From NCBI GenBank assembly GCA_964016885.1, contig OZ024743.1, positions 214,706,001 to 214,770,000 of the forward strand: 64,000 nucleotides of DNA, in the 5' to 3' direction. Positions 39,318 through 53,810 of this stretch are shown here, in pieces. The position numbers were made by a program, and so were the translations under genes. The notes below the pieces were generated by a model. It did no database searches, was not told where the DNA came from, and worked only from the letters and a program-made list of their open reading frames with translations. Position 1 is the stretch's first letter. Every line of letters begins with the position of its first letter. The DNA is from Eledone cirrhosa. Taxonomy: Eukaryota.

Positions 39318-42300
39318 GGAAAGTTATATTTAAATCGTTGCGTTACAACTAGTAAATATTTATAACTGATATAAAAGCACTCAACAAGTATTTGGAGTAT
39401 ATTTACGATATTAAATAAATGGAAACTATATTTATAAAACCATATTTATTTCATTATATATATTTCAGGGATATCATATTAACAATATGTTATGCCTTCT
39501 TCAGACAAAATACAATATAGACAGTTTTATAGATAAATAGATTTGACATACCGTTCAACATCGACTTGTATTTGAAAAAGTTGATTTGGCAGTGAAAAGT
39601 TGTAAAAAGAAAGAAAGAAAGAAAGAAGGAAATAAAGAAAGAAAACGAAGGAAAGAAAGAAAGAAAACGAAGAAAAAGAAGAAAAAGAAGAAATGCATGC
39701 AACAAAATAGAGAGATGGAAAGATAGAAAGATAGATAAAGAGAAGAACTTCATGTAAAGAAACAGAGAGAGATATATAGAGAGAGGAAATAGATAGAGAT
39801 AGATATATATAGAGAAAGTAGGTAGTTGAACAACGTATCAATGACACATTTATTTATTTATTTATTTATTTAGCTCTAGTATTAATGTAAGGGAGATATA
39901 TGTGGTTAGGAAAGAAACCAGCCGTTATATATAGAGAAAAATGAAAAGTAACCAGACATAGGCGAGGCAGAATTTAAAAACCCTATGTTTTAATGTAGAA
40001 ATATTAGTTCGTATAAAAACCAGGCACTATAATGTAAATATCAGTATTCCTGAATGAGACACGTATCTATAATGTGTGAAAAGTAATGATCTTATGTCTA
40101 GTTTTAAAAATTCATATGTTTATATGATAACTACAAACATCGATGTGAATTTACGTGATCATCTCTGCAAACCCCTATTTCACACGGAGAACATTCTCAT
40201 TGTGCTATAAAAATTTAAGTATACATATATGTGTATATATACACATATATATAGAGTCTATATTAATTTTAACAATACTATGCTTGTCTTTACTCTACAT
40301 GATTATCTATCAAGCAGAAATAGAGAACAGATTTCAATATATTAATAAAAATAAAAATATCAGAAACAAAAACAAAAAATAATAATAATAATAATAATAA
40401 TAAACAAATAAATAAAATAGAAAACTAAAAAATATTACATATTAAAAATGAAAATATTAAAAATATTAAAAAATATTAAAATAAGAAAAATAAAAACATA
40501 ATATGCCACGCAAATCGACCACAAAGATCAACCCTTCAAAATTAATTGACAATATAGTGCCAAGTTCCTTATAAGCATCAGAGTCGAAAACAGATAAAGC
40601 TAAAAATTATTTACCAAATCGCGTCTAGCAGAAATCATTTCAAAAGTTTAGGATGCCCATTTGGTCTACATATGTTCTTATATTTTATATAGAAGATTAT
40701 CTAGTGTAACGTTTATTCGATATATTTGGAGCATCAACTTTTAGGGTAGTTTAATTTTTCATGAAGAATGTTTAAAATAAAAATAAAAATAAAAATAAAA
40801 AGAAGAATAAAAAGAAGAAATCGAAAGATTTATCGGCTAGTTTCCCAAATAATTACAAATCAAACTAAATATACTACATTTTAAATTTAAATTTATATTT
40901 AAAAGTTGAGTTCAATCTATGTTTGCAGCCACTGAATAAATTTGTCCGTAGATTAAGGGAATGTTTAGATTTTAGTATAAAGAATATCTCCTCCGCGCAG
41001 AGGTCACATGTCTCAGAAGGATGAATTAAAAGGAATCCCTCTTGAGACTATATTCCAAGCCGTCGAATATCTAACGTTATCTTGCCTAAGTTGCCAGAGT
41101 ACGCCTGATAGTGCTGTTGAAGATTTTTAGCTTGGATCTGTGAAAGAATTCTTGTGGTTATTATAGCGAAGTTTAAATTCCGTCGATGTGGAACCGACGT
41201 AGTTAAAAGAATTAGAGTCCGTTTTAACATTACAGTTGTATATTATATTTTTAACTAAGCAGTTGTTATTTAACGGACATTTAGATCTATCTCTACAGTT
41301 ACACTTGTTAACTTGTATATTATTTATGCTATTATCGCTAGGTTTTAAGTTCCTATTATTTATTCTATTAATATTTTGTGCTAAATTTTTGGTGGATGAG
41401 TAGGTTAATTTTATAGTATGTCTATTGAAAATTGAGTGATACCTATGTGTTCTAGGGAAGCGACTATCAAGAGCTTTAAAAAATAGTTTAGCGATGTGGG
41501 TTTTAATGTTTAGTGAGAAAGGGGGGGGGGGGAAACCATATTATGTTCCTAGTTCTATTTCTTTTTTGGCTTTTGGAATTATTGTAATGCTTTCTATTAT
41601 AGTTGTTAAGGTTGTGGCCGTAATTAAAATAGTTGTTATTTTGTTTAGTTTGTCTATTATTATCTATGTAGATAATCTTATCACTATATCCTGCTCTAGC
41701 TAACGCTTCATTGTAGTACTGGGCTTTTTCGTCGAAAATCTTTCTATTAGACGAGATTCTAGAGATACGTTTTTGAACAGAGTTTACTATAGTGTTTTTG
41801 ACAGATCTGGGGTGGTTAGAGTTAAAGCTGACATAGTTTAAGTTTTCATTCAACTTGTGAAATGGATAGTGAAGACATGTGTTGAGATTTAATGTTATAT
41901 CTAGGAAATTGACTATTCTATGGTTGTTCTCAATTTCTATTTTTAGATTAAAGTAATTAAAAAATTGTGTAATTTGTTTTCTTTTTCTATTTAGTTCAGA
42001 GTTATTATTATCAATAAGTAAAAGCATGTCATCTCTATATAAACCTCCGGTAGTCACAGGTATTTTCCTATGTAGCGAATTGATTAAAAATAAGCCCACA
42101 AGGTCAGTTACCTGAGCTGAGTCGGATGATCCCATAGTAATGTCACTAGAACACATAGGTATCACTCAATTTTCAATAGACATACTATAAAATTAACCTA
42201 CTCATCCACCAAAAATTTAGCATAAAATATTAATAGAATAAATAATAGGAACTTAAAAACTAGCGATAATAGCCTAAATAATATACAAGTTAACAAGTGT

Positions 42301-44258
42301 AACTGTAGAGATAGATCTAAATGTCCGTTAAATAAAAACTGCTTAGTTAAAAATATAATATACAACTGTAATGTTAAAACGGACTCTAATTCTTTTAACT
42401 ACGTCGGTTCCACATCGACGGAATTTAAACTTCGCTATAATAACCACAAGAATTCTTTCACAGATCCAAGCAAAAAATCTTCAACAGCACTATCAGGCGT
42501 ACTCTGGCAACTTAGGCAAGATAACGTTAGATAATCGACGGCTTGGAATATAGTCTCAAGAGGGATTCCTTTTAATTCATCCTCTGAGACATGTGACCTC
42601 TGCGCGGAGGAGATATTCTTTATACTAAAATCTAAAAATTCCCTTAATCTACGGACAAATTTATTCAGTGGCTGCAAACATAGATTGAACTCAACTTTTA
42701 AATATAAATTTAAATTTAAAATGTAGTATATTTAGTTTGATTTGTAATTATTTGGGAAACTAGCCGATAAATCTTTCGATTTCTTCTTTTTATTCTTCTT
42801 TTTATTTTTATTTTTATTTTTATTTTAAACATTCTTCATGAAAAATTAAACTACCCTAAAAGTTGATGCTCCAAATATATCGAATAAACGTTACACTAGA
42901 TAAACTTCTATATTAAATATAAGAACATATGTAGACCAAATGGGCATCCTAAACTTTTGAAATGATTTCTGCTAGACGCGATTTGGTAAATAATTTTTAG
43001 CTTTATCTGTTTTCGACTCTGATGCTTATAATGAACTTGGCAATATATTCTCAATTAATTTTGAAGGGTTGATCTTTGTGGTCTATTTTTATTATTGTAG
43101 TATTTTCTAATATTTTTATTTTTAATATGTAATATTTTTTCGTAATATTTTTTAGTTTTCTATTTTATTATTATTTATTATTATTAATATTTTTATTTTT
43201 TGTTTTTGTTTCTGATATTTTTTATTAATATATTGAAATCTGTTCTCTATTTCTGCTTGATAGATAATCATGTAGAGTAAATACAAGAATAGTATTGTTA
43301 AAATTAATATAGACTCTCTATATATATGTGTATATATATACACATATACGTATACTTAAATTTTTATAGCACAATGAGAATCTTCTCCGTGCGAAATTGG
43401 TGTTTGCAGAGTTGATCACGTAAATTCACATCGATGTTTGTAGTCATCATATAAACATATGAATTTTTAAAACTAAACATAAGATCATTACTTTTCACAC
43501 ATTATGGATACGTGTCTCATTCAGGAATACTGTTATTTACATTATAGTGCCTGGTTTTTATACATACTAATACTTCTACATTAAAACATAGGGTTTTTAT
43601 GCCTCGCCTATGTCTGGCTACTTTTCATTTTTCTCTATATATAACAGCTGGTTTCTCTCCTAACCACATATATCTCCCTTACATTAATACTAGAGCTAAA
43701 TAAATAAATAAATAAATAAATGTATCATTGATACATTTATTCAACGGATGTCCAACTACCTACTTTTCTCTATATATATCTATCTCTATCTATTTCCTCT
43801 CTCTATATATATCTCTCTCTGTTTCTTTACATGAAGTTCTTCTCTTTATCTATCTTTCCATCTCTCTATTTTGTTACATGCATTTCTTCTTTTTCTTCTT
43901 TTTCTTCGTTTTCTTTCTTTCTTTTCTTTCTTTCCTTCTTTCTCTCTTTCTTTCTTTCTGTTTACAATTTTTTCACTGCCAAATCAACTTTTCAAATACA
44001 AGTCGATGTTGAACGGTATGTCAAATCTATTTATCTATTTATCTATAAAACTGTCTATATTGTATTTTGTCTGTGGAAGGCATAGCATATTGTTAATATG
44101 ATATCCCTGAAATATATATAATGAAATAGATATGGTTTTATAAATATAGTTTCCATTTATTTAATATCGTAAATATACTCCAAATACTTGTTGAGTGCTT
44201 TTATATCAGTTATACATATTTACTAGTTGTAACCCAACAATTTAAATATAACCTTCCA
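39318..44258. mobile_element. Family C inverted pair: minus copy 39318-42145 truncated in RT; plus copy 42146-44258 truncated in the linker
   Basis: DITMGSSDSAQ..LYRDD (ORF 41503-42165); EN coding on both strands; both ends are the long 3' end. Confidence 0.9.
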
Positions 44259-44276
44259 TGTATATATATATTTATA

Positions 44277-44325
<49 letters not shown>

Positions 44326-44328
44326 ATT

Positions 44329-44359
<31 letters not shown>

Positions 44360-44387
44360 ATATTTATATGTATATATATATATATAC

Positions 44388-45684
44388 AGGTTAATGTAAA
44401 TTAATATATTTGATAAACACAAACACCAACATATTCATATTTGTATTGTAAATTACCAAGTTAGCTAGATTGAAATATACTAATAATAATATTACAGTTT
44501 TCCTATCTTGGCTTAAGATAATAAATCAACAAAAACAAATTGTATTGGCAAGTCTTTTACAATGAAATAGCTCAAAGAAAGAGTATCTCTGAGCTATTCT
44601 TTCGTTGAGCTGAATTTAGCCCCATACAAACGGCTGTTATTTCTAGCAGCACGAGTATGTGACTAGCTAGACACTGGATAACCGCGTGAAATTACCTCGT
44701 GCGCTAAACAGTCTTTCTAAATATTTTGAAGTGGAACATACACATTTTTATAGTGCTTGCTGAGGAGATCAAAATGCGGTATTTCTTCCACCTTTTCATT
44801 ATTCGAAACATATTTGGATTTTAAGCTTTAAACCTGTCTACGGAACAGGTTTGATTTTGAAATTTAAATTTGTCCAAGCACAACGGTCATTGCCAATACA
44901 ATTTGTTTTTGTTGATTTATTATCTTAAGTCAAGATAGGCAAACTGTAATATTATTATTAGTATATTTCAATCTAGCTAACTTGGTCATTTACAATACAA
45001 TCATGAATATGTTGGTGTTTGTGTTTATCAAATATATTAACTTATATTAACCTGTATTACACGGCTAAGAAATACTCTTTCTTTGAGCTATTTCATTGTA
45101 AAAGACTGCCTGAGATTTGAACTCATTATTATTGATTTATCACTGCTCCTTCGTTGAGCTGAATTTAGCCCCATACAAACGGCTGTTATTTCTAGCAGCA
45201 CGAGTATGTGACTAGCTAGACACTGGATAACCGCGTGACATTACCTCGTGCGCTAAACAGTCTTTCTAAATATTTTGAAGTAGAACATACCAATTTTTAT
45301 AGTGCTTGCTGGTGGAGATCAACATGCGGTATTTCTTCCACTTTTTCATTATTCGAAACATATTGGGATTTTAAGCTTTAAACCTGTCTACGGAACAGTT
45401 TTGATTTTGAAATATAAATTTGTCCAAGCACAACGGCCATTGCCACTACAATTTGTTTTTGCTGATTTATTATCTTAAGTCTAGATAGGCAAACTGTAAT
45501 ATTATTATTAGTATATTTCAATCTAGCTAACTTGGTCATTTACAATACAAACATGAATATGTTGGTGTTTGTGTTTATCAAATATATTAATTCATATAAA
45601 CCTGTATTACACGGCTCAGAAATACTCTTTCTTTGAGCTATTTCATTGTAAAAGACTGCCTGAGATTTGAACTCATTATTATTG

Positions 45685-45690
<6 letters not shown>
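44388..45690 (+). mobile_element. Retrozyme-like non-coding element: two tandem units of about 549 bp plus inverted arm 44388-44592, in (TA)n
   Basis: TTCGTTGAGC at 44601 and 45150; one hammerhead per unit. Confidence 0.82.
44754..44880 (+). ncRNA. Type I hammerhead with long stem III (second copy at 45303-45430 has a mutated core)
   Basis: TGCTTG-CTGAGGA-GA..TC-GAAACA-(hairpin with AAACCTGT/ACAGGTTT)-TGTC-CAAGCA. Confidence 0.75.
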
Positions 45691-45728
<38 letters not shown>

Positions 45729-45731
45729 ATT

Positions 45732-45762
<31 letters not shown>

Positions 45763-45831
45763 TTATATATATATATATATTTATATATATTTATATATAT
45801 ATATATTTATATATATATATATATTTATATA

Positions 45832-45924
<93 letters not shown>

Positions 45925-45931
45925 ATACATT

Positions 45932-45962
<31 letters not shown>

Positions 45963-45965
45963 ATT

Positions 45966-45998
<33 letters not shown>

Positions 45999-46001
45999 TT
46001 A

Positions 46002-46064
<63 letters not shown>

Positions 46065-46073
46065 TTATTTATT

Positions 46074-46133
<60 letters not shown>

Positions 46134-46245
46134 TATATATATATATATTTATATATATATATTTATATATTTATATATTTATATATATATATATTTATAT
46201 ATTTATTTATTTATATATATATATATATTTATATATTTATATATA

Positions 46246-46316
<71 letters not shown>

Positions 46317-46412
46317 ACGAAGGAAATGTGGTAAGGAACCAGGTGGACCATAACGCACCAAAGTACTCAATACTTGAGGTAGTAGAGTGGGTAATAGGAA
46401 CTCTTACTGGTT

Positions 46413-46481
<69 letters not shown>

Positions 46482-46640
46482 CTATATATATATATATATA
46501 TATTCATATATATATGTTTATATATATATATATATATTCATATATATATATAACTATATATATATATATATATTCATATATATATATATAACTATATAAC
46601 TATTTATATATATATATATATATAAATATATATATATATT

Positions 46641-46673
<33 letters not shown>

Positions 46674-46674
46674 T

Positions 46675-46707
<33 letters not shown>

Positions 46708-47063
46708 ATATTTGTATATATTTATATTTTTATATATATATATTTATATATCTATTTATTTATATATATATATTATTTATATATATATATATTTATATAT
46801 TTATATATATATATTATATATAATATAATATATTTATATCTATATATATTTATATATATATATATTTATATATTTATTTATTATATATATATATATTTAT
46901 ATATATATATATATATTTATACATAAATATATATATATATTTATTTATTTATATATATATATGTATTTATTTATATATATATATATATTTATTTATATAT
47001 ATATATATTTTTATATATATATATATATTTTTATATATATATATATATATTTTTTATATATAT
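45690..47063. repeat. Long degenerate (TA)n/(TTTA) tract
   Basis: Direct observation. Confidence 0.95.
46316..46415. mobile_element. Mini element (AACGAAGG...GTTCCT family), copy 3, with a fold-back of only about 8 bp
   Basis: Same two termini; ATAGGAAC-tcttactg-GTTCCTAT. Confidence 0.8.
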
Positions 47064-48025
47064 GTAGATAAATCTACCAAGAGTTTACGGTAGTGTCCAA
47101 TCCGTATGAAGAACTCAATGTATTCCGGATATCATGGAAAGAAGAGATGTAATGAAAAATCACTTTCGGTGAAAGATAAACAGAATACAGAGTCAAGATA
47201 AAATATTAAACAATTAATGAATAAAACAATGAAAGAGTTCCTTATATTAAACAAAAAAAGTTCATTATTTAACGATCGTTTCTAGGATATATATGTGTTA
47301 GAATTGGCATGCATATTCAACAGATCTATGTACAAAATTATACAAAATTATACAAACTATCAAGATTAAATATACATACCAAACACACATATATGCCGTC
47401 TTCAGAAATAATGAAATATATTTATTGATAATAACAACAATTCAAAATTTCAGGTCCGTTTGGGAACGGAGTTCAAAATTGACCAATGAAAGTACAAAAA
47501 GTTTTATGCAGTTTGGTGTGTGTATATACATGTAACTAACCCCGTACATATATTTATACAAAGATATATGCTCAACATGCATACGCATGCCAAAAAGATG
47601 TATGCAAATACAAAAATTCAAGGCTAATGTCTCTGTAAGTTTATAATCCACAGATAAAATGCGTATAGACACATAAATATGAAATAAGTGTATACACATA
47701 TTCTCATACTCACACATATCCGTACACTCACACACACGCGCGCGTATATGCATAAACATACACATAATTACGAACATACATACTCACATACACCCCCACA
47801 CACATATATATGTGGATATAATATTATCATAAGCACATGGATATTAATTCACTCACATAAACACTGCCACACACATTTAGATCAAGATACAGAAATTAGG
47901 TGGGAGGGGGGGAGAGGTCAGTATTCAACGGTTTGGGCAGACTGCTTATTTATAGCTGTATCTATAAACTTATAAATAAAAAGAAAAGAAAAGAAAAAGA
48001 AAAAAGAAAAAAGAAATATATCAAG

Positions 48026-48029
<4 letters not shown>

Positions 48030-48076
<47 letters not shown>

Positions 48077-48141
48077 CTACACATACAACACACACACACA
48101 CACATATATAAACATATACATATATATATATACACACATAT

Positions 48142-48182
<41 letters not shown>

Positions 48183-49210
48183 TACACATATATACACACA
48201 CACATATATAGACACACATATATATACACATACACGCACATATACATACACATACATACTTATATACATACAGACATACACATACATACATATATATACA
48301 CACATATACATACAGACATACATACATACATAACCACATACACACATACATACACACACATACATACTCATACATAGACATAGATATAAATTCACCCACA
48401 CATACGTACTTATATATACGCATATATACAAATACTTACGCATCCATATATCGGTATATACATACAAACACCACTACACTCTCACACAACTCAGACATAC
48501 AAAGAAAAAGGTATATACATATACACATATACACATACAAATAGAGATACATATACATATATACACACATTAATAGAGATACATATACACATATATATAT
48601 ATATATATATACACATACATTTATATATATACACACACACACATACAACCATAAACACACATACAAACACATAAATACACACATATATACATATATATAC
48701 ACACACACAAAAGCACACATACACATATATATTTTTACATATATATATACATATATATACATATACACACCTTCACATATATACATATACACATAAGTTA
48801 TATTATAATAATAAATAATATATATATATACACATACGAATATATATATACACACACAGATATACATATATATATATACACACACACACACACACTCACA
48901 TATATATGTGAGCACACGTACATATATACAGATACACACATATACACATAAACATATACATGTGCATACATGTACATACACACATATACCCATATAGATA
49001 CGAAGATAGACATATATATAGAGAGACATACATATACATACACATATATACATACACATACATACACACATATATATATATATATATACACACACATACA
49101 CGCCCACACACATATACACATACACACATATATATATATATATATACACATATATATACACATGCATATATACACATATATATATATATACATATACATA
49201 TACACACAAT
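48030..49210. repeat. Compound (CA/TA/CATA)n microsatellite inside the family E 3' region
   Basis: Direct observation. Confidence 0.9.
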
Positions 49211-49885
49211 CATACATTGTTATTTGCATGCGCATATATGTATTTTTATACTCAGATATAAACACCCAAACATATATGCACCTACCTACATATATATTCA
49301 TACATACACGCTTACAAACACAGATGATAATAGTATGGGGGAAAGGGGGGGGGGTGGAGAAGGGGATTATAGTAAATATATGTTTCAAGAAACATAGAAT
49401 ATTAATCTGTATTTGGATCTCAATATATGTTTTTACATAGTTTCAGTGTTAGGAAATGCAAGAAATAAGGCAAAATTATGCATTTCAAAATAAGTATACC
49501 ATTAATTATATGTTAACTAAACTAAAGATAGTTAACATATTGATTTCTAAGGTGTAAATTAGTTAGATTTATAATATTTGAAGCAGAATTTTGAAGTTAA
49601 ATAGTAGTAAAGTATTAATTATAGTATAACTAAATTAAAGTTATTAACGTTATGGTATCAATATTAGGAAATGAATTTAGTAATAGGGAAAAAACAAATA
49701 AAGTATTACATCGGTAGTAGAATATAAATTATAGGTTAACTAAATTAAAAATTATATATTAATTTCTATAGTATATGTTAATTAGGTATATAATAAACAA
49801 AACAGATATTGTATTTTATCAATAGCAGAATATAATTATATGCAAATAGAAATCAAAATTAATACATATACATATACATATACAT

Positions 49886-49942
<57 letters not shown>

Positions 49943-50439
49943 TACATACACATACATATACATACATACATATACATATTATTCAAAAATTGCAAAGAAT
50001 ATATTAACTAGGTATACATCCAAAACACATCCCATTCTATGATTACATGACACTCTGCAATCCGTCTGTATTAGGATACTAATTTTAAGCCAATTAAATT
50101 AAATTTTTAGGTTGACTAAATTTAAAACCAAATTATAAATATATTTCTAAAATGTATATTAATTAGGTCTATAATACTAAAAATTATTTCTCTGTCATTG
50201 GATACACGATATTTTGTTATATTTTATCTGTAAAGGAATTTTAATAAAGGGTTAAATAAATTAAAATTAATCTATAAATTAAATTACTAAGTATATATTA
50301 GTAATATTTAAAGGTTTTTCACAATTTATGATTACACAATATTTTATATTCTCATCTGTAGTAGAATTTTAATTAAATTAAATTCATAGGTTAACTAACA
50401 TTTAAATTAAATTATATATTAATTTCTAAAATAATGTTA

Positions 50440-52881
50440 TTAATTAGGTTTATAATATTTAAATGTTTTTTTTAGTTTATGATTACACGATATAATTAAT
50501 TCCTGTCGTTTATTTAATAGGATATCCTTAGATTTCATTATTTCAAATAGTTCTTGGGAACATAATCTACATTCATTTCTATTATTTTGATAAGGGGTGG
50601 CTCTTTTGAGCACACTCCAGGTCAAATCATATTTTATATTCTTATTTTTATAACTATTGATTTTTTCTGCTAGAGATGTTGTATTAGCCAGTGCGGCATT
50701 TTTAAAACTATGCTTGTGGGTATTAAACCTTGTCTTAAAATTGTTAGAAGTAGCTCCTATATATGAGCAAATAGAATCTTTAGTTTTAACATTACATTTA
50801 TAGACTATGTTGTTAACAAGACAATTCCCTTTTAATGGGCAGTTTGCTTTGTTTCTACAGTTACAACCTTTCGTTAATTCTGTATTTGAGGAGATATTAT
50901 GGTTAATTTGATGTATTGGTGGTATATTTATGGTTTTCTTACATTTATATGCATTATAGGCACTTATATTTTGTTTTATGTTATTTGTTGTTGAGTATGA
51001 GAATTTAACTGTAGACCTATTTAAGATTTGATGGTATTTGTGGTTTGGCGGGAAGTTTTTCTCTAGGATATAAAAAAATTTTTTAGCAATATTATCCTTA
51101 ATTTGTAAATTAAATGGAGCATTATACCAAGTAACCCGTCTATTACGGTTTCTATGTTGTTTATTATTTTTATTATTTTTATAGGTTGTATCGTGATGTT
51201 TACTAGGAGGATTAATGTTAATGATCTCACCACAACCATTTTTAGTTATATTTGTAGATTTAGGTGTTTTATCTTTTTTATTAGGAGTTTTATTATTAAT
51301 ATTTATTAGAGTTGTATGATGAGTAGTTTTTTGAGAGTTACTATATTTTATATTAGAAGATTTGGTATTTTGGGGTATAGTGTGGGTGGCATTTAGGTGT
51401 GTACTTTTCATTTGGTGTTTGTTGGTAATATTAGGTTGTATGCTTTTAGTATTTTTAGTAGAAGGTATATATTCTAATCTATTTTTGTGGCCACTTCTAT
51501 CTAGAGCTTCGTTATAGAAGGTCGCATTTTTATCAAATACATCTTGGTTAGAAGAAAGGTTAGAAATTCTAAGTGATATATTATATGCAAGGTTTTTAAG
51601 GATAGATTTAGGGTGATTAGATTGTGAGTGTATGTAATGTAAGTTTTGGTTTGGTTTATGGTAAGGTTGGTAGATACCCGTAGCTAAATCTAAAGTTATA
51701 TCTAGGAAATTTACTACTTTACTTATTTTTTCAAAAGTAATATGAAGATTATAATAGTCTTTAAGGAAAGTTCTAATATGTTTTTTGTTTTTTTCTATTT
51801 CTGAAAGGCTAAGGTTGTTAGAAAGAAGAAGACAGTCATCACGATATAAACCACCTTTAAGGTGGGGAAAGGAGGCATTTATGTTGAAAAGGAGAAAGAG
51901 GCCCACAAGATCAGTAATTTGGGCGGAATCGCTTGAACCCATAGTAATATCAAATAGATTACTATATGTGTTTCTGGTCCAGTATTCATTCTGAAATTCA
52001 ATAAGTGTTAGTCTAGCATGTGTAATAATATTAATGTCATCCAAAGTTAAGTTAGATCTATTTTTAGCAAATATCAATGCTTTGTTCAGGAGTATAGGTG
52101 ATATAGAAGAATAGTAATTATCTATATCAAATTGTAGAAATGAAGCAGAAGATTTACAACTAATATTTTTAAACCAGTTAATTACCTGGGAGGTGTTTTC
52201 CCAGAGTGGTAAAATAACGTGTTTTCTTATTTGTGGGATGACTCTATCCAAAATTTTTTTGCTAATTATTCCAATATCTGATTTGGAGGGACATATAAGT
52301 CTTATAGAAGGATTTGAGTTAAAGTTTGATTTATGATCCTTCAGGTTGAAGTGTGGTCTTTTCAATGCCAAAGGTTCAGTTCTATCTTCAATGTTTAGTT
52401 TTTTTACTATGTTGTGTGTTTTGTTGTTGATGTTGGTGAGTGACGCATTATTAGATTTTTTATAATTTTTTCTGAGTTCTTTATATATGAACTCATTATA
52501 ATGTTCAATATCCATGTGATACAATTTACCAGTTTTGTCAGAGTGGACATGGATTTTTTTAGACTTTTTTAGGTCCAATAGGGTAGAATCAAGGTCCTTT
52601 TGAAAGACGGATTTATACTTTTTAAATTTGAGGTGTTTAATTAAATTAAAAAGGTCTTTCTCGAAGTCTTCAAGTAAAAAGTTGTGTGGTGGATTCTTGT
52701 AAGTATTGAAATCATACATATATTTCCGATCTGCTTGTTTAGATTTTGTATCGAAGTGGTAGGCCCTCCATCTAACCCTTCTGATAAAATTATTAGTTTT
52801 TTGAATCATAAGGAGTAAGAAGTCATCCTTAGAAGGTATTGGTATGTTTTTTAAAGAGGTTCCCAAATATTGTTTTTCCAT
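50440..52881 (-). CDS. Intact Penelope-like RT-GIY-YIG protein (813 aa from the first ATG; possibly Nematis-like)
   Basis: Uninterrupted ORF: SLKNIPIPS, RRVRWRA, LKDHK, FDIDNYYSSI, DITMGSSDS, LYRDD, NFLD, CNC..CPL..CL, IVYKC..YIGAT, RFNTH, CRLC, CNH. Confidence 0.9.
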   Translation of the reverse strand: MEKQYLGTSLKNIPIPSKDDFLLLMIQKTNNFIRRVRWRAYHFDTKSKQADRKYMYDFNTYKNPPHNFLLEDFEKDLFNLIKHLKFKKYKSVFQKDLDSTLLDLKKSKKIHVHSDKTGKLYHMDIEHYNEFIYKELRKNYKKSNNASLTNINNKTHNIVKKLNIEDRTEPLALKRPHFNLKDHKSNFNSNPSIRLICPSKSDIGIISKKILDRVIPQIRKHVILPLWENTSQVINWFKNISCKSSASFLQFDIDNYYSSISPILLNKALIFAKNRSNLTLDDINIITHARLTLIEFQNEYWTRNTYSNLFDITMGSSDSAQITDLVGLFLLFNINASFPHLKGGLYRDDCLLLSNNLSLSEIEKNKKHIRTFLKDYYNLHITFEKISKVVNFLDITLDLATGIYQPYHKPNQNLHYIHSQSNHPKSILKNLAYNISLRISNLSSNQDVFDKNATFYNEALDRSGHKNRLEYIPSTKNTKSIQPNITNKHQMKSTHLNATHTIPQNTKSSNIKYSNSQKTTHHTTLININNKTPNKKDKTPKSTNITKNGCGEIININPPSKHHDTTYKNNKNNKQHRNRNRRVTWYNAPFNLQIKDNIAKKFFYILEKNFPPNHKYHQILNRSTVKFSYSTTNNIKQNISAYNAYKCKKTINIPPIHQINHNISSNTELTKGCNCRNKANCPLKGNCLVNNIVYKCNVKTKDSICSYIGATSNNFKTRFNTHKHSFKNAALANTTSLAEKINSYKNKNIKYDLTWSVLKRATPYQNNRNECRLCSQELFEIMKSKDILLNKRQELIISCNHKLKKTFKYYKPN

Positions 52882-53334
52882 TGTGATATGGATGATGGAC
52901 AATTAATATCCATGTGCTTATGATAATATTATATCCACATATATATGTGTGTGGGGGTGTATGTGAGTATGTATGTTCGTAATTATGTGTATGTTTATGC
53001 ATATACGCGCGCGTGTGTGTGAGTGTACGGATATGTGTGAGTATGAGAATATGTGTATACACTTATTTCATATTTATGTGTCTATACGCATTTTATCTGT
53101 GGATTATAAACTTACAGAGACATTAGCCTTGAATTTTTGTATTTGCATACATCTTTTTGGCATGCGTATGCATGTTAAGCATATATCTTTGTATAAATAT
53201 ATGTACGGGGTTAGTTACATGTATATACACACACCAAACTGCATAAAACTTTTTGTATTTTCATTGGTCAATTTTGAACTCCGTTCCCAAACGGACCTGA
53301 AATTTTGAATTGTTGTTATTATCAATAAATATAT

Positions 53335-53489
53335 TTCATTATTTCTGAAGACGGCATATATGTGTGTTTGGTATGTATATTTAATCTTGATAGTTTGTAT
53401 AATTTTGTATAATTTTGTACATAGATCTGTTGAATATGCATGCCAATTCTAACACATATATATCCTAGAAACGATCGTTAAATAATGAA
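53335..53489 (+). ncRNA. Type I hammerhead with stem II of about 115 nt (second copy at 47261-47415, minus)
   Basis: TTCATTATTT-CTGAAGA-[ATATATGTGT..GGTATG...CATGCC..ACACATATAT]-GAAAC-gatc-GTT-AAATAATGAA; 10-bp stem I. Confidence 0.75.
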
Positions 53490-53598
53490 CTTTTTTTGTT
53501 TAATATAAGGAACTGTTTCATTGTTTTATTCATTATTTGTTTAATATTTTATTTTTATATATATATATTTTTTTATATATATATATATTTATATATAT

Positions 53599-53644
<46 letters not shown>

Positions 53645-53699
53645 ATAAATATTTATATATATATAAACATATATATATATATTTATATATATATATATT

Positions 53700-53739
<40 letters not shown>

Positions 53740-53775
53740 TATATATATATATGTTTATATATATATATAAATATT

Positions 53776-53810
<35 letters not shown>

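Larger units (their letters stand above)
47064..53545 (-). mobile_element. PLE family E: ORF, about 3.4 kb microsatellite-rich 3' UTR, inverted arm 52901-53545
   Basis: 52901-53545 is the reverse complement of about 47200-47848; TA flanks. Confidence 0.9.
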
